Shown one piece after another: positions 29,848 through 39,365 of a DNA stretch of 64,000 bases (positions within the stretch are counted from its first letter, which is position 1; every line of letters starts with the position of its first letter). Both the position numbers and the translations under genes were made by a program. The DNA lies in the NCBI GenBank assembly GCA_963668675.2, contig CAXXMB010000002.1, positions 992,001 through 1,056,000 on the forward strand. Reading direction: 5' to 3'. The notes below the pieces were generated by a model. The model did no database searches. It had not been told where the DNA came from and saw nothing but the letters and a program-made list of their open reading frames with translations. This DNA comes from an uncultured Desulfatitalea sp. Lineage in GTDB: Bacteria > Desulfobacterota > Desulfobacteria > Desulfobacterales > Desulfosarcinaceae.

Positions 29848-30966
29848 ATGAAAACTTTCTTCCATCTGATCCAAGAGATTCAAAAGACCGGCCTGTGCCA
29901 CCGCTGCGGCGGGTGCGTCACTTTCTGCACGGCCGTCAACTACGGCGCTCTGAAAATCGACGATGATGGCAAACCCGGCTACGAAGATATCGAGAAGTGC
30001 ATCGAGTGCGGACTGTGTTACGCCATCTGTCCGGAGATCGACGAACTCGAAGAGGAGACCAAACGGCGGGCCAACTGGAGCCAGCCCATGGGTCGCATCA
30101 TCGAAACATCCGTGGCCCGCTCGACCGACCCAGCCATCCAGGCCAAGGCCACCGACGGCGGCGTGGTCACGGGGCTGCTGCTGCACCTGTTCGACCGAGG
30201 CCGCATCGACGGCGCCATCGTGACCCGGCAGACCGGCCCGTTCCAGCGTGCGCCCTTCCTGGCCACCACCCGGGAAGAGATCATATCGGCCGCCGGTTTC
30301 TTCTTCGACACCTCCCAGGGCATGAAGCAGTTCAGCGAGCAGTACATGACCTATGCCTCCATCGAAGAGTTCGACCCGATGGTCAAAAAGGGGCTGAAGC
30401 GTGTGGCCCTGGTCGGCACACCGTGCCAGATCAACTCCGTGCGGCGCATGCAGGCCCTCGAACTGCTGCCCTCCGACGCCATCAAGCTCTGCCTGGGACT
30501 CTTCTGTTCGGGCAACTTTGTCTTCGGGGCGTCCGAGCGGGCCAAGCTCGCCGAAATCGGCGGCTTCTCCTGGGACGAGGTGCGCAAGGTCAACATCAAA
30601 GAGTCTCTGCTGTTGCACCTGAAGTCAGGCAAGACCGCCTCCATCGACCTGGACGACCTCTACGCCATTCGGCGTTTCGCCTGCCAGTTCTGTACCGATT
30701 ATGCGGCCGAATTTGCCGACATCTCCTTCGGCGGCATCGGCGCGGCCGAAGGATGGACCACTGTCATGGCGCGCACGCCCCTGGGACGGGCCGCACTGGC
30801 GGACGCGAAGAGCGCCAGAATGGTCGAAGAGTTCAACTACAGGGACAACCCCAGCTACGTGACCGACGCACTCAACCTCGTTCGTTCCTGGTCGTCGAAA
30901 AAGAAGAAAAAAGCACGCCACAACCGACGCGGGCTGAACACCAGCTCCGTCTCGTTCAACATGTAG
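29848..30966 (+). CDS. FrhB-like (F420 hydrogenase/dehydrogenase beta subunit family) with N-terminal 2x[4Fe-4S]
   Basis: CHRCGGCVTFC, CIECGLCYAICP, DGGVVTGLL, VGTPCQ, GLFC, CQFCTDYAAEFADISFG. Confidence 0.88.
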   Translation: MKTFFHLIQEIQKTGLCHRCGGCVTFCTAVNYGALKIDDDGKPGYEDIEKCIECGLCYAICPEIDELEEETKRRANWSQPMGRIIETSVARSTDPAIQAKATDGGVVTGLLLHLFDRGRIDGAIVTRQTGPFQRAPFLATTREEIISAAGFFFDTSQGMKQFSEQYMTYASIEEFDPMVKKGLKRVALVGTPCQINSVRRMQALELLPSDAIKLCLGLFCSGNFVFGASERAKLAEIGGFSWDEVRKVNIKESLLLHLKSGKTASIDLDDLYAIRRFACQFCTDYAAEFADISFGGIGAAEGWTTVMARTPLGRAALADAKSARMVEEFNYRDNPSYVTDALNLVRSWSSKKKKKARHNRRGLNTSSVSFNM

Positions 30967-31016
30967 ATTAAATTCATACACTTAATCCCCCGCAGTGCGG
31001 GGCGAAGGAATCCGTC

Positions 31017-31943
31017 ATGACCGTAAAAGTCGCAAGCGAATGGCTCAACTCCTGCTCGGGATGTGAAATCTCCATTATCGATATGGGCGAACGCCTGCTG
31101 GAGGTGCTGAAAGTGGCCGAGTTCGTCCATCTCCCGGCCCTCATGGACCACAAGTACTTCGGACAGTTGGGAGACGGCAAACAGATCGAGATCCCCCAAG
31201 CCGACGTGGGGATCATCAGCGGCGGCGTGCGCAACGAGGAGCATGTGGAGGTGGCCGAAGCCATGCGCAAAAGCTGCAACATCATCATCGCCCTGGGCAC
31301 CTGTGCCACCCACGGCGGCATCCCCGCCCTGGCCAACGCCTACACCAAAGAGCAGATCTTCCAGCGCTACTACCACACCGAGACCACCGACGTCCCGGAA
31401 GCGTATCCCAATGAAGGCCTGCCGCCGCTGCTCGACAGCTGCATGGCCCTGGACGAGAAAATCAAGGTCGATATCTACATGCCCGGTTGCCCGCCGCACC
31501 CGGACCACGTCTTCTCCGCCCTGGTCGCCCTGGTCGAAGGCCGGCCACTCGCACTACCGGAAAAGAGCGTCTGTGACACCTGCCCCACCCGCAGAGAGGG
31601 CAAAGGGAAAGTCGACACCGTGCGGCGCTTTCTCCATACACCCGAATATGGAGCGCCGGACGAGCCCCTCGACCAGATGCGCTGCCTGCTCGAACAGGGC
31701 TATGTCTGCATGGGGCCGGTAACCCGGGCCGGATGCGGCGGCGACGGCATCGTGCCGCGCTGCATCTCGGCGCGCGTCCCCTGCCGCGGCTGCTACGGGC
31801 CGGTACAGCCCAACGGCAACCAGCGCCTCGACATGCTCAACGCCCTGGCCTCCAACGGGATCGACATCAGCACACTGCCCGAAAGCGCCTCCATGCTTCG
31901 CTTTTCCGGAGCACACGGCAGATTGAAGCCGAAACGCAGTTAG
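31017..31943 (+). CDS. mvhG: Group 3c [NiFe] hydrogenase small subunit
   Basis: SCSGCE, LGTCATHGGIP, PGCPP, SVCDTC, CLLEQGYVCMGP, PCRGC. Confidence 0.9.
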   Translation: MTVKVASEWLNSCSGCEISIIDMGERLLEVLKVAEFVHLPALMDHKYFGQLGDGKQIEIPQADVGIISGGVRNEEHVEVAEAMRKSCNIIIALGTCATHGGIPALANAYTKEQIFQRYYHTETTDVPEAYPNEGLPPLLDSCMALDEKIKVDIYMPGCPPHPDHVFSALVALVEGRPLALPEKSVCDTCPTRREGKGKVDTVRRFLHTPEYGAPDEPLDQMRCLLEQGYVCMGPVTRAGCGGDGIVPRCISARVPCRGCYGPVQPNGNQRLDMLNALASNGIDISTLPESASMLRFSGAHGRLKPKRS

Positions 31944-32060
31944 AGTTCGAAGTGAAGCGGTGAAAGTGAAGGGACCTCGCCGAACCAGTTCACATAACGC
32001 CAATTATAATGACGGAACACCTTCACTTTCATACTTTCCGACGTTCAAACTTTCTTACTT
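31944..32060. repeat. Inverted GAAAGT/ACTTTC short-repeat arms
   Basis: tgaaagtgaagg (31961-31972) pairs with ccttcactttca (32020-32031); further ctttc units follow. Confidence 0.5.
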
Positions 32061-32102
32061 ATTTTTAACCTCCCGCTGAGCGGGACCCAGGAGACAAACC
32101 CT

Positions 32103-33548
32103 ATGTCCCAAACCATCACCATCCAACCCATCACCCGCATCGAAGGGCACGCCTCCATCGGCATCACCCTGGACGACAGCGGCAACGTGGCCGACGCCAA
32201 GCTCAGCTACATGTCCCTGCGCGGGTTCGAGAAATTCGTCGAAGGCAAACCGGCCGAAGAGGTGCCGCGCATCGTCAGCCGCATCTGCGGCATCTGCCCC
32301 TGGATGCACCATCTGGCAGCCAACAAAGCGGTGGACGCCTGCTTCGGCGTCACCCCCACACCCGCCGGCAGCAAACTGCGCGAACTGATGCAGACCATCG
32401 CCCACGCCGAAGACAAACTGCTGCACTTCTTCTTCCTGGCCGCCGCCGACTTTGTCATCGGCCCATCGGCCGACTACGCCGTGCGCAACGTCATCGGCAT
32501 CGCCCAGGCCAATCCCGAGTTGGCCGCACGGGTGGTCAAAACCCGCCAGTTGGCCAAGATGATGCTCGACAAGTATTCCCGCAAAGCCATCCATCCGGTG
32601 GCCGGCGTCACGGGTGGTTTTGCCAAACCGCTGCTCGAAGAAGAGCGCAAGGAGATGCTGGCGAACATGCAGGAGATCCTCGACTTCGCCCTCTTCACCA
32701 TCGAATTCGCAAAAAAAGGCATCTTCCCCCAGTACATGGATGCCATCCAGAGCCTCGGTGTGATCACCACCGGCTTCATCGGCACGGTAGACGGCCAAGG
32801 CGCCCTCAACCTTTATGACGGCCAGCTGCGCATCATGAAACCGGACGGCACCTGCACCGATTTCGACGCCGCCGACTACGCCGACTACATCAGCGAACAT
32901 GTGGAACCCAACTCATACGGCAAATACCCTTACGCCAGCTTCTGGAACGAAGGCTTCTCCATGGACCTGGAGCAGCCCAAAGGCGTCTACCGCTCAAACA
33001 CCCTGGCGCGCATCAACGTCGCCGACCGGATGGCCACCCCCAGAGCCCAGGCCGAACTCGAAGAGTTCCGCAGTCTCTTCGGCCGCCCGGCCCAGGCCAC
33101 CCTGCTCTACCACTACGCCCGCCTCATCGAAGAGGTTTACGCCTGCGAACGGGCCATCGAAATCCTTCAGGACCCGGAGATCACCGATCCCAATGTCCGC
33201 GCCGACGTCACACCCGGCGCCGGCCGCGGCGTGGGCTGCGTCGAAGCCCCCCGCGGCACGCTGATCCACGACTACACCACCGACGAAAACGGATTGATCA
33301 AAACAGCCAACATGATCGTGGGAACCACCCACAACCTGGGCCCCATGAACATGAGCGTCAACCAGGCCGCACGCACGCTGATCAAGGACGGCAACGTCGA
33401 CGAAGGCATCCTCAATCAAATCGAGATGGCGGTGCGCGCCTACGACCCGTGAATCAGCTGCGCCACCCATCGCCTGGACGGCGATGCCGGAATGACCGTC
33501 AGCGTCTACGATGTAAACCATCAATTGATCCAGAAGTATCCCAACTGA
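32103..33548 (+). CDS. mvhA: Group 3c [NiFeSe] hydrogenase large subunit (Sec at TGA 33450-33452)
   Basis: TRIEGH, RICGIC (L1), EAPRG, AYDP-U-ISCATH (L2) plus cleavable tail to TGA 33548. Confidence 0.93.
33453..33490 (+). promoter_or_regulatory. Bacterial SECIS-like hairpin (mvhA)
   Basis: Perfect 7-bp stem catcgcc-tggac-ggcgatg starting 15 nt after the UGA. Confidence 0.7.
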
Positions 33549-33585
33549 CATATCGCCGCATGCCCTGTGCATGCCATACATCTCA

Positions 33586-33632
33586 AGGCCGGTGTGATGA
33601 AGCAAATTCAGCACACCGGCCTTTCCACCTTT
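33586..33632 (+). terminator. Hairpin terminating the hydrogenase operon
   Basis: aaggccggtgtg..cacaccggcctt inverted repeat followed by a pyrimidine/T-rich run. Confidence 0.6.
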
Positions 33633-33743
33633 TGGCCCACCGAACTTTTTCTCAAAATGGATTGTGATTTTTCGATGAAAACGCTAATATTTCCCAATTC
33701 ATAACGTTCGTTGGCCATGACATTAAATGAAACGTTTCGGGCG

Positions 33744-34160
33744 ATGCGGGAAAAAAGACTACTGGAGAGAGTGCGAGCGATAGACGAAGACCCGGACTGG
33801 CGGGGCGAAACCGACCCGAAATTGGCCATCGCATCGGTATCGGGACACTTGGGCAAGATCCTGAACACACGCCAGGGCAGCGCCCCCACTGCCACGGAAC
33901 TCGGCATGCCCGACTTCACCAGCGTCACCAGTTCACTCAGCGCAGACACCCTGCCCGAAATGGCGGAGACCATCAGCAGGGTCATCACCCAATATGAGCC
34001 ACGCCTGACCGACGTGAAGGTCGATGTCGATACCCGAAATGAAAAGTCGTTCATGGTCGGGTTCAAACTGGCCGCCAAGGTACGCGTGGACGACAAAGAA
34101 ATACCGGTGGTCTTTGAAACCGTACTCAATTCTGACGGCCATATCAGTGTGTTGGAGTAA
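33744..34160 (+). CDS. tssE: T6SS baseplate subunit TssE (gp25-like)
   Basis: LLERV, HLGKILNTRQG, LGMPD, YEPRL; start could be 33717. Confidence 0.88.
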   Translation: MREKRLLERVRAIDEDPDWRGETDPKLAIASVSGHLGKILNTRQGSAPTATELGMPDFTSVTSSLSADTLPEMAETISRVITQYEPRLTDVKVDVDTRNEKSFMVGFKLAAKVRVDDKEIPVVFETVLNSDGHISVLE

Positions 34161-34166
34161 AACAAG

Positions 34167-35897
34167 GTGATCGGTAAATACTACCAACGGGAACTGGCCA
34201 ACCTGCGCAACCTGGCCAAGGAGTTCGCCGAGGCGCACCCGGCCCTGGCCCCCATGCTCAGCGGCCAGTCCACCGATCCCGATGTGGAGCGACTGCTCGA
34301 AGGGACCGCCTTTCTTTCGGGCCTGATCTACGAAAAACTGGACAACGATTTTCCGGAGATCATTCACGGACTGATTCAGCTTATCTTCCCCCACTACCTG
34401 AGGCCGATCCCGTCGGCCACGCTGATCCGCTTTACCCCCAAACGCAGCCTGCGCGAGATCATCGTCATCGAGAAGGGGACCGCCATTGACGCGGTGGAGA
34501 CAGAAGGCACCCGCTGCACCTTCACCACCCGCTATGACGTGGCCCTCTCCCCCCTGTCGGTCGCTGCAGTCCATTTCAGTATCCAGGGTGACGGACAGGG
34601 GGTGCTGAGCATCGAGCTGCTGCTCGAGGGAATGGACGCAACGGCCTTCCAACCCGGCAGCCTCCGGTTTCATCTGGCCGGCGTTTATGCCGAAGCATCC
34701 AGGCGGTACTGGATGATGTTTACCCGATTGCGCAATGTCACCCTGAAAACAGGCGACGGTCGAGCCATCGCTTTGGGGAAGGAGGCCGTCCGCCCGGTCG
34801 GATTCGACGAGGAGGAGGCCCTGATTCCATTTCCGGCCCGCTCGTTTCCCGGCTACCGTATTTTGCAGGAGTATTTCATCCTGCCGGAGAAGTTTCTCTT
34901 TTTCGATGTGACCGGCCTGGACCAGTGGCGCAAAAGAGGTGCCGGATCGCGTTTCACGCTCGAATTCGAGTTCGCCGGCCTTCCCCAGGATTTGCCGCCC
35001 ATGCAGGCGGACCATTTCCAGCTCTTCGTCACTCCGGCCCTCAACCTCTTTCAACACCACGCCGACCCCATCGTTCTCGACCAGAAGAAAGCAGAGTACC
35101 CCATCCGGGCCGGCGGCACCCAACCGCAGCACTATCAGATCTACGCGCTGAACAAGGTCACCGGATTCATCCAGGGCACGGTGAAGGAGCGGGAATATCT
35201 GCCCTTTGAGCTCTTCAACCCGCAGGTGGAAGCCACCCCTGTCTACGCCGTCCACCACCGTCTCTCCCCTATGGACAATAAGGCCGAGCTGCATCTATCC
35301 GTGGCCTATCCCGGGGGATCTGCGGAGTCGACGCCCGAAACCCTCTCCATGGACATCATGTGCACCAACGGTTCCCTTACGGAGGCCTTGCGCCCCGGGG
35401 ATGTGCGGCTGCCCACCGAGTCCTCTCCGGAACTGGCTAAATTTACCAATGTCCGGGCGCCCACTGCACCCGTCCAGCCCCCGTTGGGCAAGAACCTGCT
35501 CTGGCGGTTGCTCTCCCATCTCTTTTTGAACTATCTGTCCGTGGCCGATGCGGAAAACCTGCGCTCCGTGCTCAAGCTCTACATCTTCACGGAAACAAAA
35601 GACAGGGCCGCGCTCTTGTCCAATACCCAGCGTGTGGAAGGCATCCAGGAACTCGAGGTTCGGGCGTCGGACCGCTTTGTTAATGGGCAGTTGCTGCGCG
35701 GCCAGGAGATCAATGTACGCATCGACCGGCAGGGATTTACCGGAGTAGGGGATCTGTATCTGTTCGGCTCGGTGCTCGATGTGTTTCTGGGCAATTACGC
35801 CGCCATCAATGCTTACACCCGGCTGACCGTTGAGGACACTTCAGGCAAGGAGCGTATGACATGGCCCATTCGTCTGGGCGACAGGATCCTGCTGTAG
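34167..35897 (+). CDS. tssF: T6SS baseplate subunit TssF
   Basis: YYQREL, DPDVERLLEGTAFL, PHYLRPIPS, GYRILQEYFILPEKFLF, WRLLSHL. Confidence 0.95.
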   Translation: MIGKYYQRELANLRNLAKEFAEAHPALAPMLSGQSTDPDVERLLEGTAFLSGLIYEKLDNDFPEIIHGLIQLIFPHYLRPIPSATLIRFTPKRSLREIIVIEKGTAIDAVETEGTRCTFTTRYDVALSPLSVAAVHFSIQGDGQGVLSIELLLEGMDATAFQPGSLRFHLAGVYAEASRRYWMMFTRLRNVTLKTGDGRAIALGKEAVRPVGFDEEEALIPFPARSFPGYRILQEYFILPEKFLFFDVTGLDQWRKRGAGSRFTLEFEFAGLPQDLPPMQADHFQLFVTPALNLFQHHADPIVLDQKKAEYPIRAGGTQPQHYQIYALNKVTGFIQGTVKEREYLPFELFNPQVEATPVYAVHHRLSPMDNKAELHLSVAYPGGSAESTPETLSMDIMCTNGSLTEALRPGDVRLPTESSPELAKFTNVRAPTAPVQPPLGKNLLWRLLSHLFLNYLSVADAENLRSVLKLYIFTETKDRAALLSNTQRVEGIQELEVRASDRFVNGQLLRGQEINVRIDRQGFTGVGDLYLFGSVLDVFLGNYAAINAYTRLTVEDTSGKERMTWPIRLGDRILL

Positions 35898-36931
35898 GCA
35901 CCACCCGACAGCATAGATCCCCCCCACCATCGACCATACTGGAGGAGCTGCTTGAAACACCCAAGGAGTTCTCCTTCACCCAGGCCATACGAGTGCTCAA
36001 GCAGGCATTCGGCCCTAAAGGGTCGCAGGGGAAGGACATATTTTTAAAACAACAGTTGAGGGTTCGCCCCTATCTCTCCCTCGGATTCCCCCCCAATGAT
36101 CTGGTCGACATCGAAGAGGTCCCCGGGGAGAGCGAAGACGAACCGGATGCCTTGCGCCGCTTCAGGATGACCGCCACGTTTCTCGGACTCTACGGCCCCT
36201 CATCCCCTTTGCCGACTTACTACACCGAAGAGCTGCTCGACGAACAGAGTGAGGACAAAAGCGTCAGCCGGGACTTTCTGGATATCGTCAACCACGGTTT
36301 CTTCGTTCTGTTCACCCTGGCCGACAGTTACTACCGCCTTAGCCGACAATTGTGCGAAGAGAACGACCATGACATTCTGTTGCGCCTCTTCGCATTGGTC
36401 GGGCTGGGGCACGAAGAGATGCTGAAACGCATCTTCCACACTCCCGGGGCGCTTCTGAGGTCAGTGGGCCTGCTGACCCAGTTCCCCCGCTCTGCCGCCG
36501 GATTGCGCGGCCTGCTGGCCGACCGCATCGGTGCTCCGGTAAGAGTGAAGCAGTGCGAGCCGCGCCATGCAACCATCCCTGAGGACCAATGTTGCTGCCT
36601 GAACCGGGAGGAGAACGCCCTGGGACAGGGCGCATGGATCGGCTTCACCACCCCCGATGCCATGGGTAAAATCGCCATCATCGCCGGGCCCCTGGATGGT
36701 ACCACCTACAGGCGGTTCCTCCCCGGGCAGCAGGATTACGATGAACTTCTGAAGTTGATCCGGTTTTACTGCACCCAACCCCTGGCGTTCGACCTGACGT
36801 TTGTGCTTGGCCCCGGCGAGGCGCAACCCGGAAGAGTTGGAGAGGAGCACTGGTCCCAACTGGGATATGATGTTTGGCTGGCCCCGGAGGCCGCTTCAGA
36901 ATCCCGCGCGCTCTTTCCCGAACGTGGATGA
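35861..36931 (+). CDS. tssG: T6SS baseplate subunit TssG
   Basis: FSFTQAIR, LGFPP, FLGLYGPSSPLPTYYTE, DFLDIVNH; usual overlap with tssF. Confidence 0.93.
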   Translation: MAHSSGRQDPAVGTTRQHRSPPPSTILEELLETPKEFSFTQAIRVLKQAFGPKGSQGKDIFLKQQLRVRPYLSLGFPPNDLVDIEEVPGESEDEPDALRRFRMTATFLGLYGPSSPLPTYYTEELLDEQSEDKSVSRDFLDIVNHGFFVLFTLADSYYRLSRQLCEENDHDILLRLFALVGLGHEEMLKRIFHTPGALLRSVGLLTQFPRSAAGLRGLLADRIGAPVRVKQCEPRHATIPEDQCCCLNREENALGQGAWIGFTTPDAMGKIAIIAGPLDGTTYRRFLPGQQDYDELLKLIRFYCTQPLAFDLTFVLGPGEAQPGRVGEEHWSQLGYDVWLAPEAASESRALFPERG

Positions 36932-37042
36932 ATCGGGCAGGAATCGCCGCGATTCCGGTCTGTGGAGAAAAGATAGAGCAATGAACGTTGAAACAGAAGC
37001 ATTGAAAGCGCCTGTTCCATTTATATTGATGGGAGTTGAACC

Positions 37043-38440
37043 ATGAGTGACGGCCCGATTTACTGGCACCCCGGACTTTTTCTGCAGCCACAGCATTTTC
37101 AGATCATGCAGCGCCGGACAACCGACGCCCTGGCCCCTTTCGTGGCGAACATGACCCCCTATTTCTGGGGCGTGGCTTCGGCGTCGATCAACGAGGGGGC
37201 CCTGGCCGCCGGGCGCCTGGAAATGGCGCGAATCGAACTGCTTTTCCCCTCCGCCACCGAGATGATCGCATATCCCGGCAATGCGGTCTGCGCGGGACGC
37301 CAGATATCCAAGGAGTCGATTCCCGTGGACAGCGCCGTGACCGTCTATGTGGGCCTCAGGGGGGTGAAACCCGGCGAGACCAATGTGACCGAGGCAGAAA
37401 ACGCCGAAGAGATGGCCACCGCCCCAACCCGCATGGCCGTTGCGGTGGCACCGGAACGTGTTCCGGACAGCTATGGCAACGCACCGCCCGCCGAGGTGCG
37501 GCGAATGGCCTACGTGCTGAACATGATCTTCGAATACGAACTTGACCAGGCCGGCGATTTCGATCTGATCCCGGTGGCCCGCTTGATGCGCGAAGGCGAC
37601 CGTATCACCCTCGATGCGGCGTTTGTGCCCCCCTGCCTGACCCTCTCCGCCTCATCGGTGCTGGCCACCATGCTGAGGGAGATCCGGGACCGGGTCCTGG
37701 GCCGGGCGCGCCAGCTCGAAGGCTATAAAAACCTCTCCGTGGGGCAACCCGCCTCGGGAGATTTTACACTGCTGCTCATGGGGCTGCGCACCCTCTCGCG
37801 ATTTGCGGCCCGTCTGGACCATGCCGCCTCGGCGCCATGCCTATCGCCATGGGAGGCCTACGGTATGCTGAAAGAGCTGGTGGCGGAACTCTCCGTCTTC
37901 TCACTGAACATCAGCGTATTGGGCGAAGATTGGCAGGACGAAAAGCAGGTGCCCGATTACGAGCACACCCGATTGGGAAACTGCTTCCGCACCACGTGTG
38001 ATTTGATCATCCGCCTGCTCGAAGGCATCTCTGCGGGCCCGCGCTTCGTAACCCGCTTCCAATTCAACGATCCTTACTGGACGGCGGAGATACCGTTGCA
38101 GATACTGGAGGAGGCCAAAACCTCGGGGGGCCAGTTCTGGCTGGTCCTTCATTCGGAAAGCATCGCCCCGGACGCACTGTCCGATTCGGCAGCGCGGTTG
38201 CTCAAACTCTCCTCCCCCGACGGCATGAAATCCCTTCTGGTCCGGGCGCTGCCGGGCATCCCCCTGACCCTGTCGGAGAGTCCTCCCCCGGGAATGCCCC
38301 GCATGCAGGGGGCCCTTTACTTTAGAATCGGCCGGGAGGCGCCCCTCTGGGCCGAAGTGGAAAAAGACGGCAAAGTCTGTATGCATTGGACCGATGCCCC
38401 GGAAGATCTGGACGCGCAATTGGCGCTCCTCGCGAGGTAA
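37043..38440 (+). CDS. tssK: T6SS baseplate subunit TssK
   Basis: WHPGLFLQPQHFQ, YFWG, FVPPCL, ALPGIPL. Confidence 0.93.
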   Translation: MSDGPIYWHPGLFLQPQHFQIMQRRTTDALAPFVANMTPYFWGVASASINEGALAAGRLEMARIELLFPSATEMIAYPGNAVCAGRQISKESIPVDSAVTVYVGLRGVKPGETNVTEAENAEEMATAPTRMAVAVAPERVPDSYGNAPPAEVRRMAYVLNMIFEYELDQAGDFDLIPVARLMREGDRITLDAAFVPPCLTLSASSVLATMLREIRDRVLGRARQLEGYKNLSVGQPASGDFTLLLMGLRTLSRFAARLDHAASAPCLSPWEAYGMLKELVAELSVFSLNISVLGEDWQDEKQVPDYEHTRLGNCFRTTCDLIIRLLEGISAGPRFVTRFQFNDPYWTAEIPLQILEEAKTSGGQFWLVLHSESIAPDALSDSAARLLKLSSPDGMKSLLVRALPGIPLTLSESPPPGMPRMQGALYFRIGREAPLWAEVEKDGKVCMHWTDAPEDLDAQLALLAR

Positions 38441-38443
38441 CTT

Positions 38444-39151
38444 ATGGCCCTGATCGACCACTTCCTGCCCCCCCTGGCCTTCGCCGCCATGCTGGCATCG
38501 GAGGAGAACCTGGCGGATACCCCCTACGATAAGGCCCGTGCCGACATGGACCGGCTTCTCGACCAGGCGGTGGAGAAGGCGCGTCTGGAGAGATCGGACC
38601 AGGGCGAAAATGCGCTGTTCGCTGTGTGCGCCTTCGCCGATGAAGCGATCCTCGATTCGTACTGGCCCGGCAGGGATCAATGGATCACGCACAAACTGCA
38701 AACCTGCCGCTTCAACACGGCTAACGCAGGCCTGGAGTTCTTCGAACGATTGGAAAGCCTGTGCAGGGGCATGACGCCAAACGAGACAGAGGGGACCGAA
38801 TCGAACGATGAAGCATCGGGGTCATACGAACGCTTGCGGGAGGCGCTCGAAGTGTACGTGGCCTGCCTGACCCTTGGATTCAAGGGCAGGTACAACGACG
38901 ACCAGGAGGCAATCGACCGGCTGGCCGATGCAAACCTTGAGCGGCTACTCGTCAAAAGCGGGCTATCGAAGGAGAGGGTCTTTCCGGAAGCTTATACCGC
39001 TGCGCTTCCGCCCCTCGAGCCCTCCGGCTTGTCGCCGGCCGTAAAGAACCTGATCCTATTTGGAGGTCCATTGCTGGTGGCCATCGTCATCTACGCAACC
39101 TATGCGACCCTGTTATCCGCATTTGTTCGCAATTGGCTTGAAATGTTGTGA
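38444..39151 (+). CDS. tssL: T6SS membrane subunit TssL/DotU
   Basis: FAVCAFADE, AGLEFF, CLTLGFKGRY, C-terminal TM, no OmpA domain. Confidence 0.9.
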   Translation: MALIDHFLPPLAFAAMLASEENLADTPYDKARADMDRLLDQAVEKARLERSDQGENALFAVCAFADEAILDSYWPGRDQWITHKLQTCRFNTANAGLEFFERLESLCRGMTPNETEGTESNDEASGSYERLREALEVYVACLTLGFKGRYNDDQEAIDRLADANLERLLVKSGLSKERVFPEAYTAALPPLEPSGLSPAVKNLILFGGPLLVAIVIYATYATLLSAFVRNWLEML

Positions 39152-39165
39152 TTCAATCAAGACAG

Positions 39166-39336
39166 GTATGAAAGTATGAAAGCTAAGGAACCCTATCTAC
39201 TAGAGACGCAGCTATCCAAATCAGGGTCATACCTGCAGATGCCGCCAATTCCATTGTGGCCGCACAAAAAGGCTAAAACAGACAGAATACCTCAACTTTC
39301 ATACTTTCATACTTTCATGCTTTCTTACTTTCATAC
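39166..39336. repeat. Inverted 8-mer tandem repeat arms (TATGAAAG / CTTTCATA x5)
   Basis: gtatgaaagtatgaaag at 39166-39182; five ctttcata-like units at 39296-39335. Confidence 0.75.
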
Positions 39337-39365
39337 GTTGCACTAAGAACCAGCTCAGGGATAAT

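Noticed and set aside
26031..33548. hdrA, mvhD and mvhA as nonsense pseudogenes
   Set aside because: All three stops are TGA at conserved Cys positions with downstream hairpins and intact frames; Sec explains them better.
33549..33743. Co-transcription or functional link of hydrogenase and T6SS
   Set aside because: A strong hairpin at 33586-33625 separates them and nothing but adjacency supports a link.
39166..39336. CRISPR array
   Set aside because: 8-bp tandem units without spacers; no cas genes in the window.
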